This document shows positions 9,845 through 19,516 of a stretch of 64,000 nucleotides of DNA, piece after piece. Under the pieces are notes generated by a model. The model searched no databases. It was not told the DNA's origin and saw only the letters and a list, made by a program, of their open reading frames with translations. Position 1 is the stretch's first letter. Each line of letters opens with the position of its first letter. Source of the DNA: a virus; IMG/VR virus record IMGVR_UViG_3300046007_014300, positions 5,292 through 69,291 of that record; one strand, 5' to 3'. A program made the position numbers and the translations under genes.

Positions 9845-10108
9845 TTAGGTACAAGTATGGGTCAGGTCAGTTACAGCTTCTGCTGCACCGTGTTCCGTAA
9901 ATCGCAGCGATCGGTGACCATGGGGTTGCCAGGTCACCCAGCCCTTTTTCTTCAGCTGGGTCAAATGCTGGTAAATGCTACTCACGGTGGCAATTTCAAG
10001 AGCCTGCGCGAGCTCTTTTAGAGTTGGAGACTGGCCGTGGAGATTCTGGTGTTTGAGGATTGCCAGGGCGACATCGTGCTGGCGGCGGGTTGGTTGCTGT
10101 AGTGCCAT
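9845..10108 (-). CDS. LexA-like N-terminal DNA-binding domain protein (no peptidase domain)
   Basis: PTRRQHDV...GQSPTLKELAQALEIATVSSIYQHLTQLKKKGWV...RSL matches the LexA winged helix. Confidence 0.8.
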   Translation of the reverse strand: MALQQPTRRQHDVALAILKHQNLHGQSPTLKELAQALEIATVSSIYQHLTQLKKKGWVTWQPHGHRSLRFTEHGAAEAVTDLTHTCT

Positions 10109-10211
10109 AAACAAAGTTTCAAACCGCCCACATATTGTACAGGAACATGAATGGCAAAAAAAAGAGCCGCAATGCGACTCTTGGACAATTTCATGTTTGT
10201 GCAAAACCTGT

Positions 10212-10505
10212 TCAGCTGGGTGCCCCAGGAACAGCATCCAGAATTGCATTGATGGCGGCATCCTCCTCAGCATCCTCTGCAACCACAGATTGCAGTTCGG
10301 TCACTTTGGCGTTGGCTGCATCGGCAGCTTCTTGCGCGACAGTTGCGGCAGCTTGTGCGACAGCAATCGTTTCGGCATCGGCAGCATCGTTGGCCAGGGC
10401 AGCGGCTAAGGATGCTTTGGTTTCAGCCAATTCGCTTTTCAAAGCGGCTTCACCACTTTGAAGAAACTGAATGACAGCGTTTACGCGATTAACAAGAGCG
10501 GACAT
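10212..10505 (-). CDS. Ala/acidic coiled-coil hypothetical protein
   Basis: Heptad-like Ala/Glu-rich ORF; ATG at 10505. Confidence 0.55.
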   Translation of the reverse strand: MSALVNRVNAVIQFLQSGEAALKSELAETKASLAAALANDAADAETIAVAQAAATVAQEAADAANAKVTELQSVVAEDAEEDAAINAILDAVPGAPS

Positions 10506-10630
10506 GGTTTTAAGCAAACAAAGGGAACGTTGGTTCATTGCAGTAATGAACCGGTAGAAAGCAAAGTCCATTTACTGGGACCCAGAAGCAGCACGGATGC
10601 GCTGCAACACCATGCTAGGCCAAGAAATCG

Positions 10631-11263
10631 CTAGACCGGATTGGAACGCTTTAGTGCCTCCATTAACTGATTGGTTCGCCACTGCAACCACTTGGCCTCA
10701 TCTTGTAATTGTTGTTCTTCTGTGGGGAACATAACAGCCATGGTTTGGCGACCCTCGCCGCTGATAAGCGCTGTGAGATGCTTGGAGAAATAAAAGCCTC
10801 CATTGCTATCTATCAAGCCCACATACTGCCATGGCTGGCTATCCTTCATTCCGCCTATGCCCACTGGATTAACGCTTACCGCGTCTTCGGAACGACGCTT
10901 GACAAACACCCAACGGCAAACAGCATGCAGCTGAGCTGGCTCACCAGGAGCCACTTCAAACTCTGGGGGGGTTGTGACTCGAATGTGCACAGTTTCGTAA
11001 GTTGGCTGCGACAACAACCAGGCCCAGGGCCCAGCCAGTATCTGAGGCCGCAACTGCCCACTGATTTCCATGGCCAGATAACGCAGCCAGCCCGACTGGG
11101 CTTGGGTCAAGCCTCGTCGCTGTGTGGCCAGCTGCAGGGCAAAGTCCCCAACGTTTTGATTGGCGCGATCGGCGTCAATCACGATCTTGCGAGCTTCGGC
11201 GTCAGTAAGATCGCATTCGAACTCAATGATGCAGCCGTTCTTTTTATGCAGTTGGATTAGCAT
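10631..11263 (-). CDS. Hypothetical protein
   Basis: 210 aa ORF with protein-like composition. Confidence 0.6.
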   Translation of the reverse strand: MLIQLHKKNGCIIEFECDLTDAEARKIVIDADRANQNVGDFALQLATQRRGLTQAQSGWLRYLAMEISGQLRPQILAGPWAWLLSQPTYETVHIRVTTPPEFEVAPGEPAQLHAVCRWVFVKRRSEDAVSVNPVGIGGMKDSQPWQYVGLIDSNGGFYFSKHLTALISGEGRQTMAVMFPTEEQQLQDEAKWLQWRTNQLMEALKRSNPV

Positions 11264-11798
11264 TGGTTCTCAAAGATAAGGGCGCCAAGGCTTCCCTTGG
11301 CGCCATGGGAAAGAAGAAAAATCAGCCTGAGACACCAAATAGCTTTCCATAAAACTCAGTCCTGGCGCAGAATCGGGGCGACACCTCTTTGATGCTGCAA
11401 GATCTGTGCGGCGTCCCGCATCTTCAGGACATGTGGGAACAGGATGGCACCACCTATTAGCAAACTCCAAAGCATTAAGTGATTTCTAAGCAACAAGATA
11501 AACGCCACGATAAAGGAATCGATTCCTTCGAATTGGCGCCTTCTGGATTGGCGTCTTGTTGCCGGCTCGCGAAACTTTTCACTTTGGAGTGATTCAGCAT
11601 TTTCGCTGGTTTTGCAACGACGCAGCCGCCGGCTCTCAGCCAACGCGGTGTTGGGCTCTGGCATGGGTCCAATCAGTAATCGGTCTGGGCTTGTCCAGCA
11701 TACAGGATCTTGGATGGCATGGAAGGGCGCGCCCTGCCGCTGGCGGCAGCCGTGCCCTGGCCGATCGCCTTAGCTTGACCAGACACCAACTGATTCGC

Positions 11799-12107
11799 AT
11801 GATCGAAGAACAATTTGCCCTGAACGCACTCGCCACTTGGGTTCACGCAAACGGGATTCATCAGGTCAGAACCGCATTGGCATTTGCCAATCAAGCGGCC
11901 CAGCAAGAAGACATTGATAGCGATGGTCTGGCGGCCATGTTGTTAGAGGAGGGAGAACGCCTTCGCGATGAGCCCACCCCAAGTGGTGTTACAACCGATC
12001 AGCTTGCTCCAGTGCCAAATCCGGAGCAAGATCCTGACGAGGTAAAGCCTCCACAAACCCAGTCACCGCAAGCGAAAGAGGCAAAGCCTGACAAGAAAAA
12101 TCCGTAA
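11799..12107 (+). CDS. Hypothetical protein
   Basis: ATG at 11799 within the long ORF; heads the plus-strand cluster. Confidence 0.5.
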   Translation: MIEEQFALNALATWVHANGIHQVRTALAFANQAAQQEDIDSDGLAAMLLEEGERLRDEPTPSGVTTDQLAPVPNPEQDPDEVKPPQTQSPQAKEAKPDKKNP

Positions 12108-12125
12108 CATGTTAATCAAGGTTCA

Positions 12126-13100
12126 TTGACACCAAGAGGAACACCAGTGGATGTCAGGCAGGAAACAGCGTCGCTCGTCAAGTCAATCATTGACGAGCTG
12201 ATACATGAAAGTGTTCAACTGCTAACCCTTAACCTAGTTAGGTCAACGGGGCAAATTACAGGCCGCTTCCGTGCTGGACGGTTGGTCTACGACTACAAAA
12301 TTGCTGGTGACAATGTTGCCTATACTCCAATCGGTGGCAGTGAGCGAAAAGATTCAGCCGTTTGTTTAAACTTTAGCAGGGAAACAAGTCAGAGACTGGC
12401 TTCTCGTGCTTATATCATGGGTTTGCGTGATTGGAGTAGCACCCGAGCTGATGCTTGGCTGTGCGCAAAAAGAACTGATGGACCCAAAAAATGTGTAAAG
12501 GGAACAGCGTGTGGCAACAGCTGCATCGCCAATGGCAGAACGTGTCGGATTAAAGGCAATTCTCAAAAATTGACGCAACTAAAAGCTTTACTGGCCTTAC
12601 CGGCAGCAGGGCAAAGTAGTGGTAGTGTTACTAACACCAAGCAAGGGTTTACGAAGAGTCAAACTGGCGGGAAAGTCAAGCCGGAGTCCATAGCCAAACT
12701 AAAAAGTCCTGTACTCAGGTATTGGGATGTAAAAAGCGTGCAGGAACTTGCCCGAAACAAGCTTTTCAAAATGGCAACGGCGGGTGATGAGCTTGATTTT
12801 AAGGACCGTGAGACTTGGGCAAGGTTACATCGTCAGTTTATTGGCGTGCCAAAATCAGAACAAAACCAGCCAGATGGACCAACCGTAATTCGCGGCCTTG
12901 ATGTACTTAAGCAATTCCGTCCATGGTACATATTTGACTTAGATCCAAAAACAGCAACGACTACAGATGTAAAGCGAGCTTTTATACGCTTAGCCAAGAC
13001 TCATCATCCCGACCATGGCGGCAACCCAGAAGTTTTCCAGAGACTCAAGGTAATGCGCGACTCAATGTTGGCATTGATGCCATCTAAAAACGCAAAATGA
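12126..13100 (+). CDS. Leader-module protein with C-terminal DnaJ (J) domain
   Basis: Shared beta domain, CVKGTACGNSCIANGRTC knuckle, C-terminal VKRAFIRLAKTHHPDHGGNPEVF with HPD motif. Confidence 0.8.
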   Translation: MTPRGTPVDVRQETASLVKSIIDELIHESVQLLTLNLVRSTGQITGRFRAGRLVYDYKIAGDNVAYTPIGGSERKDSAVCLNFSRETSQRLASRAYIMGLRDWSSTRADAWLCAKRTDGPKKCVKGTACGNSCIANGRTCRIKGNSQKLTQLKALLALPAAGQSSGSVTNTKQGFTKSQTGGKVKPESIAKLKSPVLRYWDVKSVQELARNKLFKMATAGDELDFKDRETWARLHRQFIGVPKSEQNQPDGPTVIRGLDVLKQFRPWYIFDLDPKTATTTDVKRAFIRLAKTHHPDHGGNPEVFQRLKVMRDSMLALMPSKNAK

Positions 13101-15709
13101 CGCCAGAAAATAATAGAACAGTCCATCAGCATCGTTCTGGATTCAGGCGGATCGAAACCCGCATGGCGCGGCTGGACGGTGCGACTGCCGCCATGGCGGC
13201 GATTGATCCGATCACGGCGCCACTGACGGCGGTGCTGGCCGCATCGCTGCCTGGGGCGGCCGTTTTGAGCTGGGACCGGCAGCACGCCCCCCAGGGCCAA
13301 AGCCTCACCGGGCGAGTGGCGGCAGCTGGGCTGGTTTACCAGTTTCGCGTCGATGGCGAAGCCGTGCGGTTCCGCCCAGCCTGGGATGTCGAGACCGATG
13401 CAACCTGGGCGGCGAGGTCTGAAGGATTTCTGGCGGCCCGGGGCCACCGCCTCGATTTCCGTGACACCCGAGCCAAAGGCAAGAGCGCCAGCAAGCGGCG
13501 GTGCACCACCGGCTACGGCTGCGGGGCCACCTGCATCTCAGTCAACAAGGAGTGCGTCATCAGGGCCGCCAGCGCCATCGGCAAGGAGCGGTTGCGGCGG
13601 CTGCAGGAGCTAGTAAGCCAGGGCGACCCAAATGCCGGGAAGGTGCAGGCGGCCGTGCAGGCAGGGCGCAATCAAAAGGCCAAAGGCCTGCAGGAGGGCC
13701 GGCAAGTGGAGCGGTTGCGGGCAATGCTGCGTGATCCGGCGGTTGCCCAGATGGTCCGCAGTGGCAAGGTGCCCGCAGCAACGGCCGCGGCGCCCGGCCC
13801 CGGCCTGGGGGGGGCCGGCCAGGGGGGCCTGGCAGGGACCGTGGCGGTCGTGGCGCCGGACTCCATCGAGGTGGATCCCAAGCGCTTCCAGTTCAAGCTC
13901 CACTCATCTGCCAGCGGAGAGGTTGGCTCCCTTGCCGGCATCAAAAAATGGGACGACAACCTCGCCGGGGTGATATCGGTGTGGCAAGACCCGGCCGATG
14001 GCAAGACCTATGTCGTGAACGGGCACAACCGCCTCGCATTGGCCAAACGGATGGCGGCAGAGTCCGTGACGATCCGGTACCTCAAGGCCGCCAATGCCAA
14101 CGAGGCCCGTGCGATCGGGGCCATGCAGAACATCGCCCAGGGCCAGGGCAGCAGCGTCGATGCGGCGAAATTCTTCCGGGATTCCGGCATCACCGATCAG
14201 GCGGCCGTTGAACGCGCCGGCCTCCCCCTCCAATCCGGCAAGGCCGCCCAGGGCCTGGGGCTGGCCCGGCTGCCCGAGTCGATGTTCCGTGCGGTCATTG
14301 ATGGCGAGCTTTCAATCAGCCGTGGCGCGATCATCGGCAATTCAGGGCTGAGCAAGGCCAAACAGGGCGAAATCGGCAAGCTGTTGCGGCAGCGCAAAAA
14401 CATCTCCGATGGCACCCTGGCGGAGTACGTCGAAAACCTGGCCGTCAGCGAGGCCAGCCAGCAGGGGGCCCTGGACATCTTCGGGGGGCAAGAAACGGTC
14501 GACAACGGCCTGGCCCGGGCGGAGCTCGCCAACAACCTGCGGCGCAAGCTGGCCCGGGAAAAATCGCTCTTTGCCACCGTCAGCAAAAGCCGCGCGGCCG
14601 AGGCCCTCCAGCAGAAGGCCGGCAACAAGATCAACCAACGGGAAAGCGCCGGGGTTGCCGCCGAGGCCGATCAGGTGCTCCGGGTGTTCAAGGAGCTGAA
14701 GGACAAGGCCGGCCCGATCGCCACCGCCCTCAACAGCGCCGCCAACCGCATGATGAAGGGCGACCCGGCCGCCCAAGTGAAGAAGGAGCTGGAGGAGCAG
14801 GTGATCGCCGCCATGCAGCTGGAGCTGGAACGGGCCGGCTTGCGCAAACCGAAGAACCTCGCCAACGAGGCACCCACGGCCAGCATGTTCGACAGCCTCA
14901 TCAGCCGGATCATCCGCCTGGATGCTCGCGCCCGAACCACCCCGGGCCAGCTGCCCTTGATGGCCGGTGGCGCCCAACTCGATCTGGGCATGCAGCGTGG
15001 CACCACCACCAGCCAGGGTGGACGCAAGCCGCCGGCAGTGGGCCGGGCCGCCAAGGCCGCAGCTACCGGCAACAGCAAAGCCGGCAAGCCCTGCGGGGAT
15101 GGTCACATCTCTGCGGCCCTCACCTGCCACAAAGGAGGTGCAGGGGCCGGCAATGGGGCCATGGTCTACGCCGGAGAAAGTGATGACGGCAGCCGGTTTG
15201 TTGATGCCAAGCCGAACGCCGCGCCGTTGTTCAAGATCCCCCCTCGCCAGGAAACACCAGCAAGCCCAACGGCCAGCAAAACCCCGCTGGCCGATGCCAT
15301 GCGCCAGGCAATCCAGCAGATGAAGGCGGCAGACGTTCGGCAGATGTCGATGCTGGCCAACCAGCTGTTCGAATCCGAATGGAGCCTGGAGCGCAAAGGC
15401 AAATGGAAGGGCATGACCAAAGCTGCCGCCCAACAGGCCTACATCCAAGAGTTTGGCCAACAACTGCAGGAGGCGCGAGCCCAGCGCCAGCAGCAGGCTC
15501 AGCAAACTCAACCGGCAGGCAGTGGCGCGCCGATGAAGCTGTCCCAGCGCATGCGACAGCTGACTGAGGCGATGAAAGCGTCTGACGAGCGGATGGCAAA
15601 GCTGGGGGAAAAGATCTTTGAGCTGCGCCGCAGGACGATGGACCTGGATGAACCCTCGCAAGGTGAAATGCCAGGGGCCACTCGACGGGCACTGCCAAAG
15701 GGGAAATAA
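13097..15709 (+). CDS. Two-module leader polyprotein with ParB-like domain
   Basis: Beta domain + CTTGYGCGATCISVNKEC; ParB-like VDPKRFQFK...YVVNGHNRLALA; second leader RLDA...GKPCGDGHISAALTCHK. Confidence 0.8.
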   Translation: MTPENNRTVHQHRSGFRRIETRMARLDGATAAMAAIDPITAPLTAVLAASLPGAAVLSWDRQHAPQGQSLTGRVAAAGLVYQFRVDGEAVRFRPAWDVETDATWAARSEGFLAARGHRLDFRDTRAKGKSASKRRCTTGYGCGATCISVNKECVIRAASAIGKERLRRLQELVSQGDPNAGKVQAAVQAGRNQKAKGLQEGRQVERLRAMLRDPAVAQMVRSGKVPAATAAAPGPGLGGAGQGGLAGTVAVVAPDSIEVDPKRFQFKLHSSASGEVGSLAGIKKWDDNLAGVISVWQDPADGKTYVVNGHNRLALAKRMAAESVTIRYLKAANANEARAIGAMQNIAQGQGSSVDAAKFFRDSGITDQAAVERAGLPLQSGKAAQGLGLARLPESMFRAVIDGELSISRGAIIGNSGLSKAKQGEIGKLLRQRKNISDGTLAEYVENLAVSEASQQGALDIFGGQETVDNGLARAELANNLRRKLAREKSLFATVSKSRAAEALQQKAGNKINQRESAGVAAEADQVLRVFKELKDKAGPIATALNSAANRMMKGDPAAQVKKELEEQVIAAMQLELERAGLRKPKNLANEAPTASMFDSLISRIIRLDARARTTPGQLPLMAGGAQLDLGMQRGTTTSQGGRKPPAVGRAAKAAATGNSKAGKPCGDGHISAALTCHKGGAGAGNGAMVYAGESDDGSRFVDAKPNAAPLFKIPPRQETPASPTASKTPLADAMRQAIQQMKAADVRQMSMLANQLFESEWSLERKGKWKGMTKAAAQQAYIQEFGQQLQEARAQRQQQAQQTQPAGSGAPMKLSQRMRQLTEAMKASDERMAKLGEKIFELRRRTMDLDEPSQGEMPGATRRALPKGK
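15065..15133 (+). repeat. Dispersed leader repeat (copy 2)
   Basis: 15065-15099 identical to 17209-17243 (35 nt); 15083-15133 matches 2414-2464 at 49/51. Confidence 0.95.
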
Positions 15710-15712
15710 GCA

Positions 15713-16873
15713 ATGGCAACCGACGGCCGGCTGGCGCTGCTTGAAACGCGCATGGCCCGCGTAGATGCAGCCCGCGGTAAGCCGTGTGGCAAGAGCTTCA
15801 TCGTTTCGACCTACCGTTGTCACAAGGAAAAAGGTCCAAATCAAAGCACCAAAAGTGCCCCAGTGCTTACCCAGGCGGCCGATGGCGGCATCCTGTTAGA
15901 TGGACGGCCGCCTGAGAAGCAGATCGGCAAAGGATTCTTCGGCGACACATTTCTTTTCCCCCTGGCCGGCGGCGGTAAAGCCGTGGTGAAGGTTGATCGG
16001 ATCAGCAACCGCGACCCCCGCGACGGTCATCCCGACCCATCGCCCGAACATCGGATTAAGGCCCGCAGGCTGATGGTCGAAAACGAAGTGGCAAGCGCCA
16101 AACTGGCTGGCGAACTTGGGGTCTCCCCCAAATTGCTGAGTGAAATGCAAAAGCTGCCCGATGGGAGGTTTGCTTTTGCCTATGAGTTCACCCCCGGCAC
16201 CCCGTTTCAGGAAAACCACCACAGCTATGACCCAACCGCAGATGCGCAACGAATTCTGGGCAAACCGGAGAATATGCGGCGCTATCTCTATGGTGCGGCA
16301 GAAATCAGCAGGAAGCTAGGCGACGCAGGCCTCACCCATGACGATTTCCATGGCGCCAACTTACTGATTCAGGAGGACGGCACCCCAAAACTGCTTGACT
16401 GGGGAATGAGCAGCAGGGGCCCAAAAGGCAACTTCTTTCAGGAGACCACAATGCTTTACATGCTTTCTACCTGGGCCGGAGATCGACGAGGGATGGAAAA
16501 AAACGGCGGCCGGACTGGCAACGCCATCAGCAAAGTTGCTGATGAGGCACAGAAGAGTCTTTACGACGGCGAGAGGGCATCAAAAGATTTCATCACCGAT
16601 CTCAGGGCCGAGCGTTTCCTGGAACTGCCCCAGATTCCAAGCGACCAAATCAGACAGGCAATGATAAAGGCCAATGCCATTCACAGAGCCAACAAAGAGA
16701 AACCAGGTTGGACGTTTAGCGATGCACAAGCGGAAGTTGGTTTGGACGGCAAGATCACTGCCGCCGATCGGAAAGAAGCCGACAAGCGCCGCGATGATAT
16801 TTACGGGCCCCGTGGCCATCGAGCCTTCCGCCGCAAAGTGGATCTGCTGCTCAAACAGTTGGATCAGGTATGA
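15713..16873 (+). CDS. Leader-module protein with protein-kinase-like domain
   Basis: RVDAARGKPCGKSFIVSTYRCHK leader; IGKGFFG glycine loop, AVVK lysine, HDDFHGAN catalytic loop, DWG. Confidence 0.85.
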   Translation: MATDGRLALLETRMARVDAARGKPCGKSFIVSTYRCHKEKGPNQSTKSAPVLTQAADGGILLDGRPPEKQIGKGFFGDTFLFPLAGGGKAVVKVDRISNRDPRDGHPDPSPEHRIKARRLMVENEVASAKLAGELGVSPKLLSEMQKLPDGRFAFAYEFTPGTPFQENHHSYDPTADAQRILGKPENMRRYLYGAAEISRKLGDAGLTHDDFHGANLLIQEDGTPKLLDWGMSSRGPKGNFFQETTMLYMLSTWAGDRRGMEKNGGRTGNAISKVADEAQKSLYDGERASKDFITDLRAERFLELPQIPSDQIRQAMIKANAIHRANKEKPGWTFSDAQAEVGLDGKITAADRKEADKRRDDIYGPRGHRAFRRKVDLLLKQLDQV

Positions 16874-19206
16874 GGTTGGCCATCCCCGAAAGATTGACAT
16901 TTAGCCTGGCCGCCCAGGACGCTAGGGATCAGGGTGACACTGTCACCTACATGAAACTGATGAACCGCCATGCGGCCATCGTGATGGGCCGCCGCAAGCC
17001 ACGATCAGAGATCAGCGGTCGAATTGACAGCACCTGGGATCGCATTGATGCCCTGAAGGCCCGGCTTGATGCCCGGGCGCGATCGGCACCAGGCCAGCTG
17101 GAACTGCTCACCGGTGGCGGAGCGCAAGCAGAACTTCCCCTGGGCGGCACCACCGGCCAGGGGGGCCGCAAGCCAGCAGCGGTAGGCCGGGCCGCCAAGG
17201 CCGCGGCGACCGGCAACAGCAAAGCCGGCAAGCCCTGCGGGGAGTCCCACATCTCGGCGGCCAAGCAGTGCCGCAAAGGGGAGACAGGCGAAAGCCAGGA
17301 AGGCCAGGAAGCTCCAGCTGACAAGCCGGCAGCAGGGCGGAAGGGAGGACGCCCAACAGCACCTGCCGACCCCCGGGAGGGAACCACCGGAGCGGTTGAG
17401 TCTGGTGACTATGAATTCGCCCGAAAATCCGAGGTCCCGAACGCCGGGGAAGACCTGGCCCTATCGGCCCGCCATCGGCGAAACATGTTCTTGGGATTGG
17501 CGGCGGAGGAGGCCGCCGGCACCGCCGAAAAGAACCTCACTCGCGACAACCTGCTCAAGGCCACACCCCATGACCTGATCGCCGGCATGACCCCGGCCAA
17601 CAGCCTGAGCAGCCTTCAGGGTTACCTCACGCTCCAGGCGTTCCCGGCGCGGCCGTACAGCGAAAAGGAACTGGCGGGTTACCAGCGGGCAATGGAACGG
17701 CAGGCGCGGCCAGGGATGCAGTCCACGGCTGTTTCTCCGGAAGGCCTGCGGGAGCAATATCACGATGCGTTTCAGCAGCTCCATGGGCTGGTTCATGCGC
17801 TACAAAAACATGCCGATCCTAATGCCAATCGTTTAGTTATTCTAAAATGGATTAACGATAAGGTTCGAGAGTTACGGCAGCAAACAGGCGACACGTCGTC
17901 TTATGCAATCGGAACAGCAAAAGACCCATACAATCCTGTAGCCAACAGTCTGATTGATTTTTCGCGGCGCATTGGCCGTCGGGGGACTACCTCCGTGCCC
18001 GGGAAGATGGAAGATTTCTCCCGTCGGCTCAAGGCCGCCATGGGCAACGACTTTGGGTCGGCCGAAACCACCTTGGAAAAGGCGAGGGAAATTGCGACCC
18101 GGATCATGGAGGGCAGCAGCTTCAACGAGGCCTTCGGGACCGTCGGCGCCAATGGCAAGCGGCGCTTCAATCCGGCGGATCTCTACGTGGCCCCGGCCAA
18201 TCGCCAAGGGGGCCGCAACGTCGGTGGCTCGACGATTGAGCAGGGCACCGATTTCATTCTCAAGGGATCCGGGTTCCGAGGTCTGCAGTTTGGCAACAGC
18301 GTCAGCGATGACGAGCGCAAGCACCACCTGAAGAAGGCGGCCGAGGCCCTGGCCGACCTGGCCGATGTGACCGGCCTGCCTGATGAAGCCATGGGCTTGA
18401 AGGGTTCTCTGGGCCTGGCCATTGGCGCCAGAGGGCGAGGTGCTGCGCTGGCTCACTTCGAGCCAAAGCTCAAGGTGATCAACCTCACCCGCAAACGGGG
18501 CATCGGCACCCTTTCCCACGAATGGGGCCACGCTCTCGACAACTACCTGGGGCTGAAGGCCGGGGTGGCGGCGAGCAGCGCCCCCAATAGCGACAGGATC
18601 CACCCGGACCACGTTTTCCTCACCAACTCAGGCAAACCGTGGGAGAAGGATCCCAAAAACCCATCCCCGGTGATCGACGCGATGAAGGCCGTGAAAGAGG
18701 CCCATGTCACATCGGGCTTCATGGATCAAGTGGATAAGGAGTCCAGGGGCCTGAAAAGGGCCATGGCCTTCAATGAGGACTACTGGCGTTCGCGGCCAGA
18801 GATGTTCGCTCGATCATTTGAAGCCCACATTGACCGCAAGCTGCAGGCCCTTGGCCGGGCGAACACCTATCTGACGCAGACCCCCGACTCTTTGCTATGG
18901 CCGACTGCTGAGCAGTCCGCAGCAATGGCGCCAGCCTTTGATCGGCTATTGGCCGCCGTGCGCGCAGAGCACTTTGCCGACGCCCCAAAGCGTAATGATG
19001 CAAGGGGTGTCCGCATTGATCGCTTCATGGCCGCCTTGGAACGCAACACGCCTCAGAAGCCGAGAAAGCAGCCAGGGCAAACTGAACCCGAGCAAAAATC
19101 CGAATCTCCCGCCACCGAAGCCCCGATCAACTGGGACAACGTCGCCAGCGAAGTGAAGACCATGCTGGAGCTGGACTCCAAGGATTTAGACGGCGGCACC
19201 GATTAG
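16870..19206 (+). CDS. Leader-module protein with LPD1-like (large polyvalent protein) zincin domain
   Basis: GFRGLQFGN, LGLAIGARG, INLTRKRGIGTLSHEWGHALD (HExxH), YWRSRPEMFARSFE. Confidence 0.8.
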   Translation: MRLAIPERLTFSLAAQDARDQGDTVTYMKLMNRHAAIVMGRRKPRSEISGRIDSTWDRIDALKARLDARARSAPGQLELLTGGGAQAELPLGGTTGQGGRKPAAVGRAAKAAATGNSKAGKPCGESHISAAKQCRKGETGESQEGQEAPADKPAAGRKGGRPTAPADPREGTTGAVESGDYEFARKSEVPNAGEDLALSARHRRNMFLGLAAEEAAGTAEKNLTRDNLLKATPHDLIAGMTPANSLSSLQGYLTLQAFPARPYSEKELAGYQRAMERQARPGMQSTAVSPEGLREQYHDAFQQLHGLVHALQKHADPNANRLVILKWINDKVRELRQQTGDTSSYAIGTAKDPYNPVANSLIDFSRRIGRRGTTSVPGKMEDFSRRLKAAMGNDFGSAETTLEKAREIATRIMEGSSFNEAFGTVGANGKRRFNPADLYVAPANRQGGRNVGGSTIEQGTDFILKGSGFRGLQFGNSVSDDERKHHLKKAAEALADLADVTGLPDEAMGLKGSLGLAIGARGRGAALAHFEPKLKVINLTRKRGIGTLSHEWGHALDNYLGLKAGVAASSAPNSDRIHPDHVFLTNSGKPWEKDPKNPSPVIDAMKAVKEAHVTSGFMDQVDKESRGLKRAMAFNEDYWRSRPEMFARSFEAHIDRKLQALGRANTYLTQTPDSLLWPTAEQSAAMAPAFDRLLAAVRAEHFADAPKRNDARGVRIDRFMAALERNTPQKPRKQPGQTEPEQKSESPATEAPINWDNVASEVKTMLELDSKDLDGGTD
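17209..17243 (+). repeat. Dispersed leader repeat (copy 3)
   Basis: ACCGGCAACAGCAAAGCCGGCAAGCCCTGCGGGGA identical to 15065-15099. Confidence 0.95.
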
Positions 19207-19445
19207 AGGGCCAGCAGGGCATCGGCCGATACCTGCAGCACCTGGCAGATCACCCTGATCTGCGCCGGGGATGCCGAGGCCCTGCCTAGCTCAAGTTTGG
19301 CGATCCAGGGCTGGCCGACACCGGCGCATTCAGCCAGCTGGGCCTGGGTGAGGCCCCGCCGGTGGCGGGCGGTTCGGATGCGGCCGCCCATCTCCCGCCG
19401 GACGTACGGGGCAGGAGGGACCACAAACGGGCGGTCCTCAAACAT
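19203..19445 (-). CDS. XRE-family HTH regulator
   Basis: GGRIRTARHRRGLTQAQLAECAGVGQPWIAKLELG. Confidence 0.88.
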   Translation of the reverse strand: MFEDRPFVVPPAPYVRREMGGRIRTARHRRGLTQAQLAECAGVGQPWIAKLELGRASASPAQIRVICQVLQVSADALLAL

Positions 19446-19516
19446 GCCGATGCGGAATAAAACACGATTCAGGCTAAGGAAACCCGCAGTTTGGTATCTC
19501 ATCCGAACTGGGTGGT

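Noticed and set aside
11270-11672. Small overlapping minus-strand ORFs
   Set aside because: Several competing short frames and no motif to choose between them.
14342-15844. 500-aa minus-strand ORF and similar long antisense ORFs (47390-48502, 60045-61079, 42759-43850)
   Set aside because: Shadow frames of GC-rich genes on the other strand with no recognisable motifs.
2414-17243. Diversity-generating retroelement TR/VR pair
   Set aside because: No reverse transcriptase in the window, and the two mismatches between repeats (T/C, G/C) are not adenine-specific.
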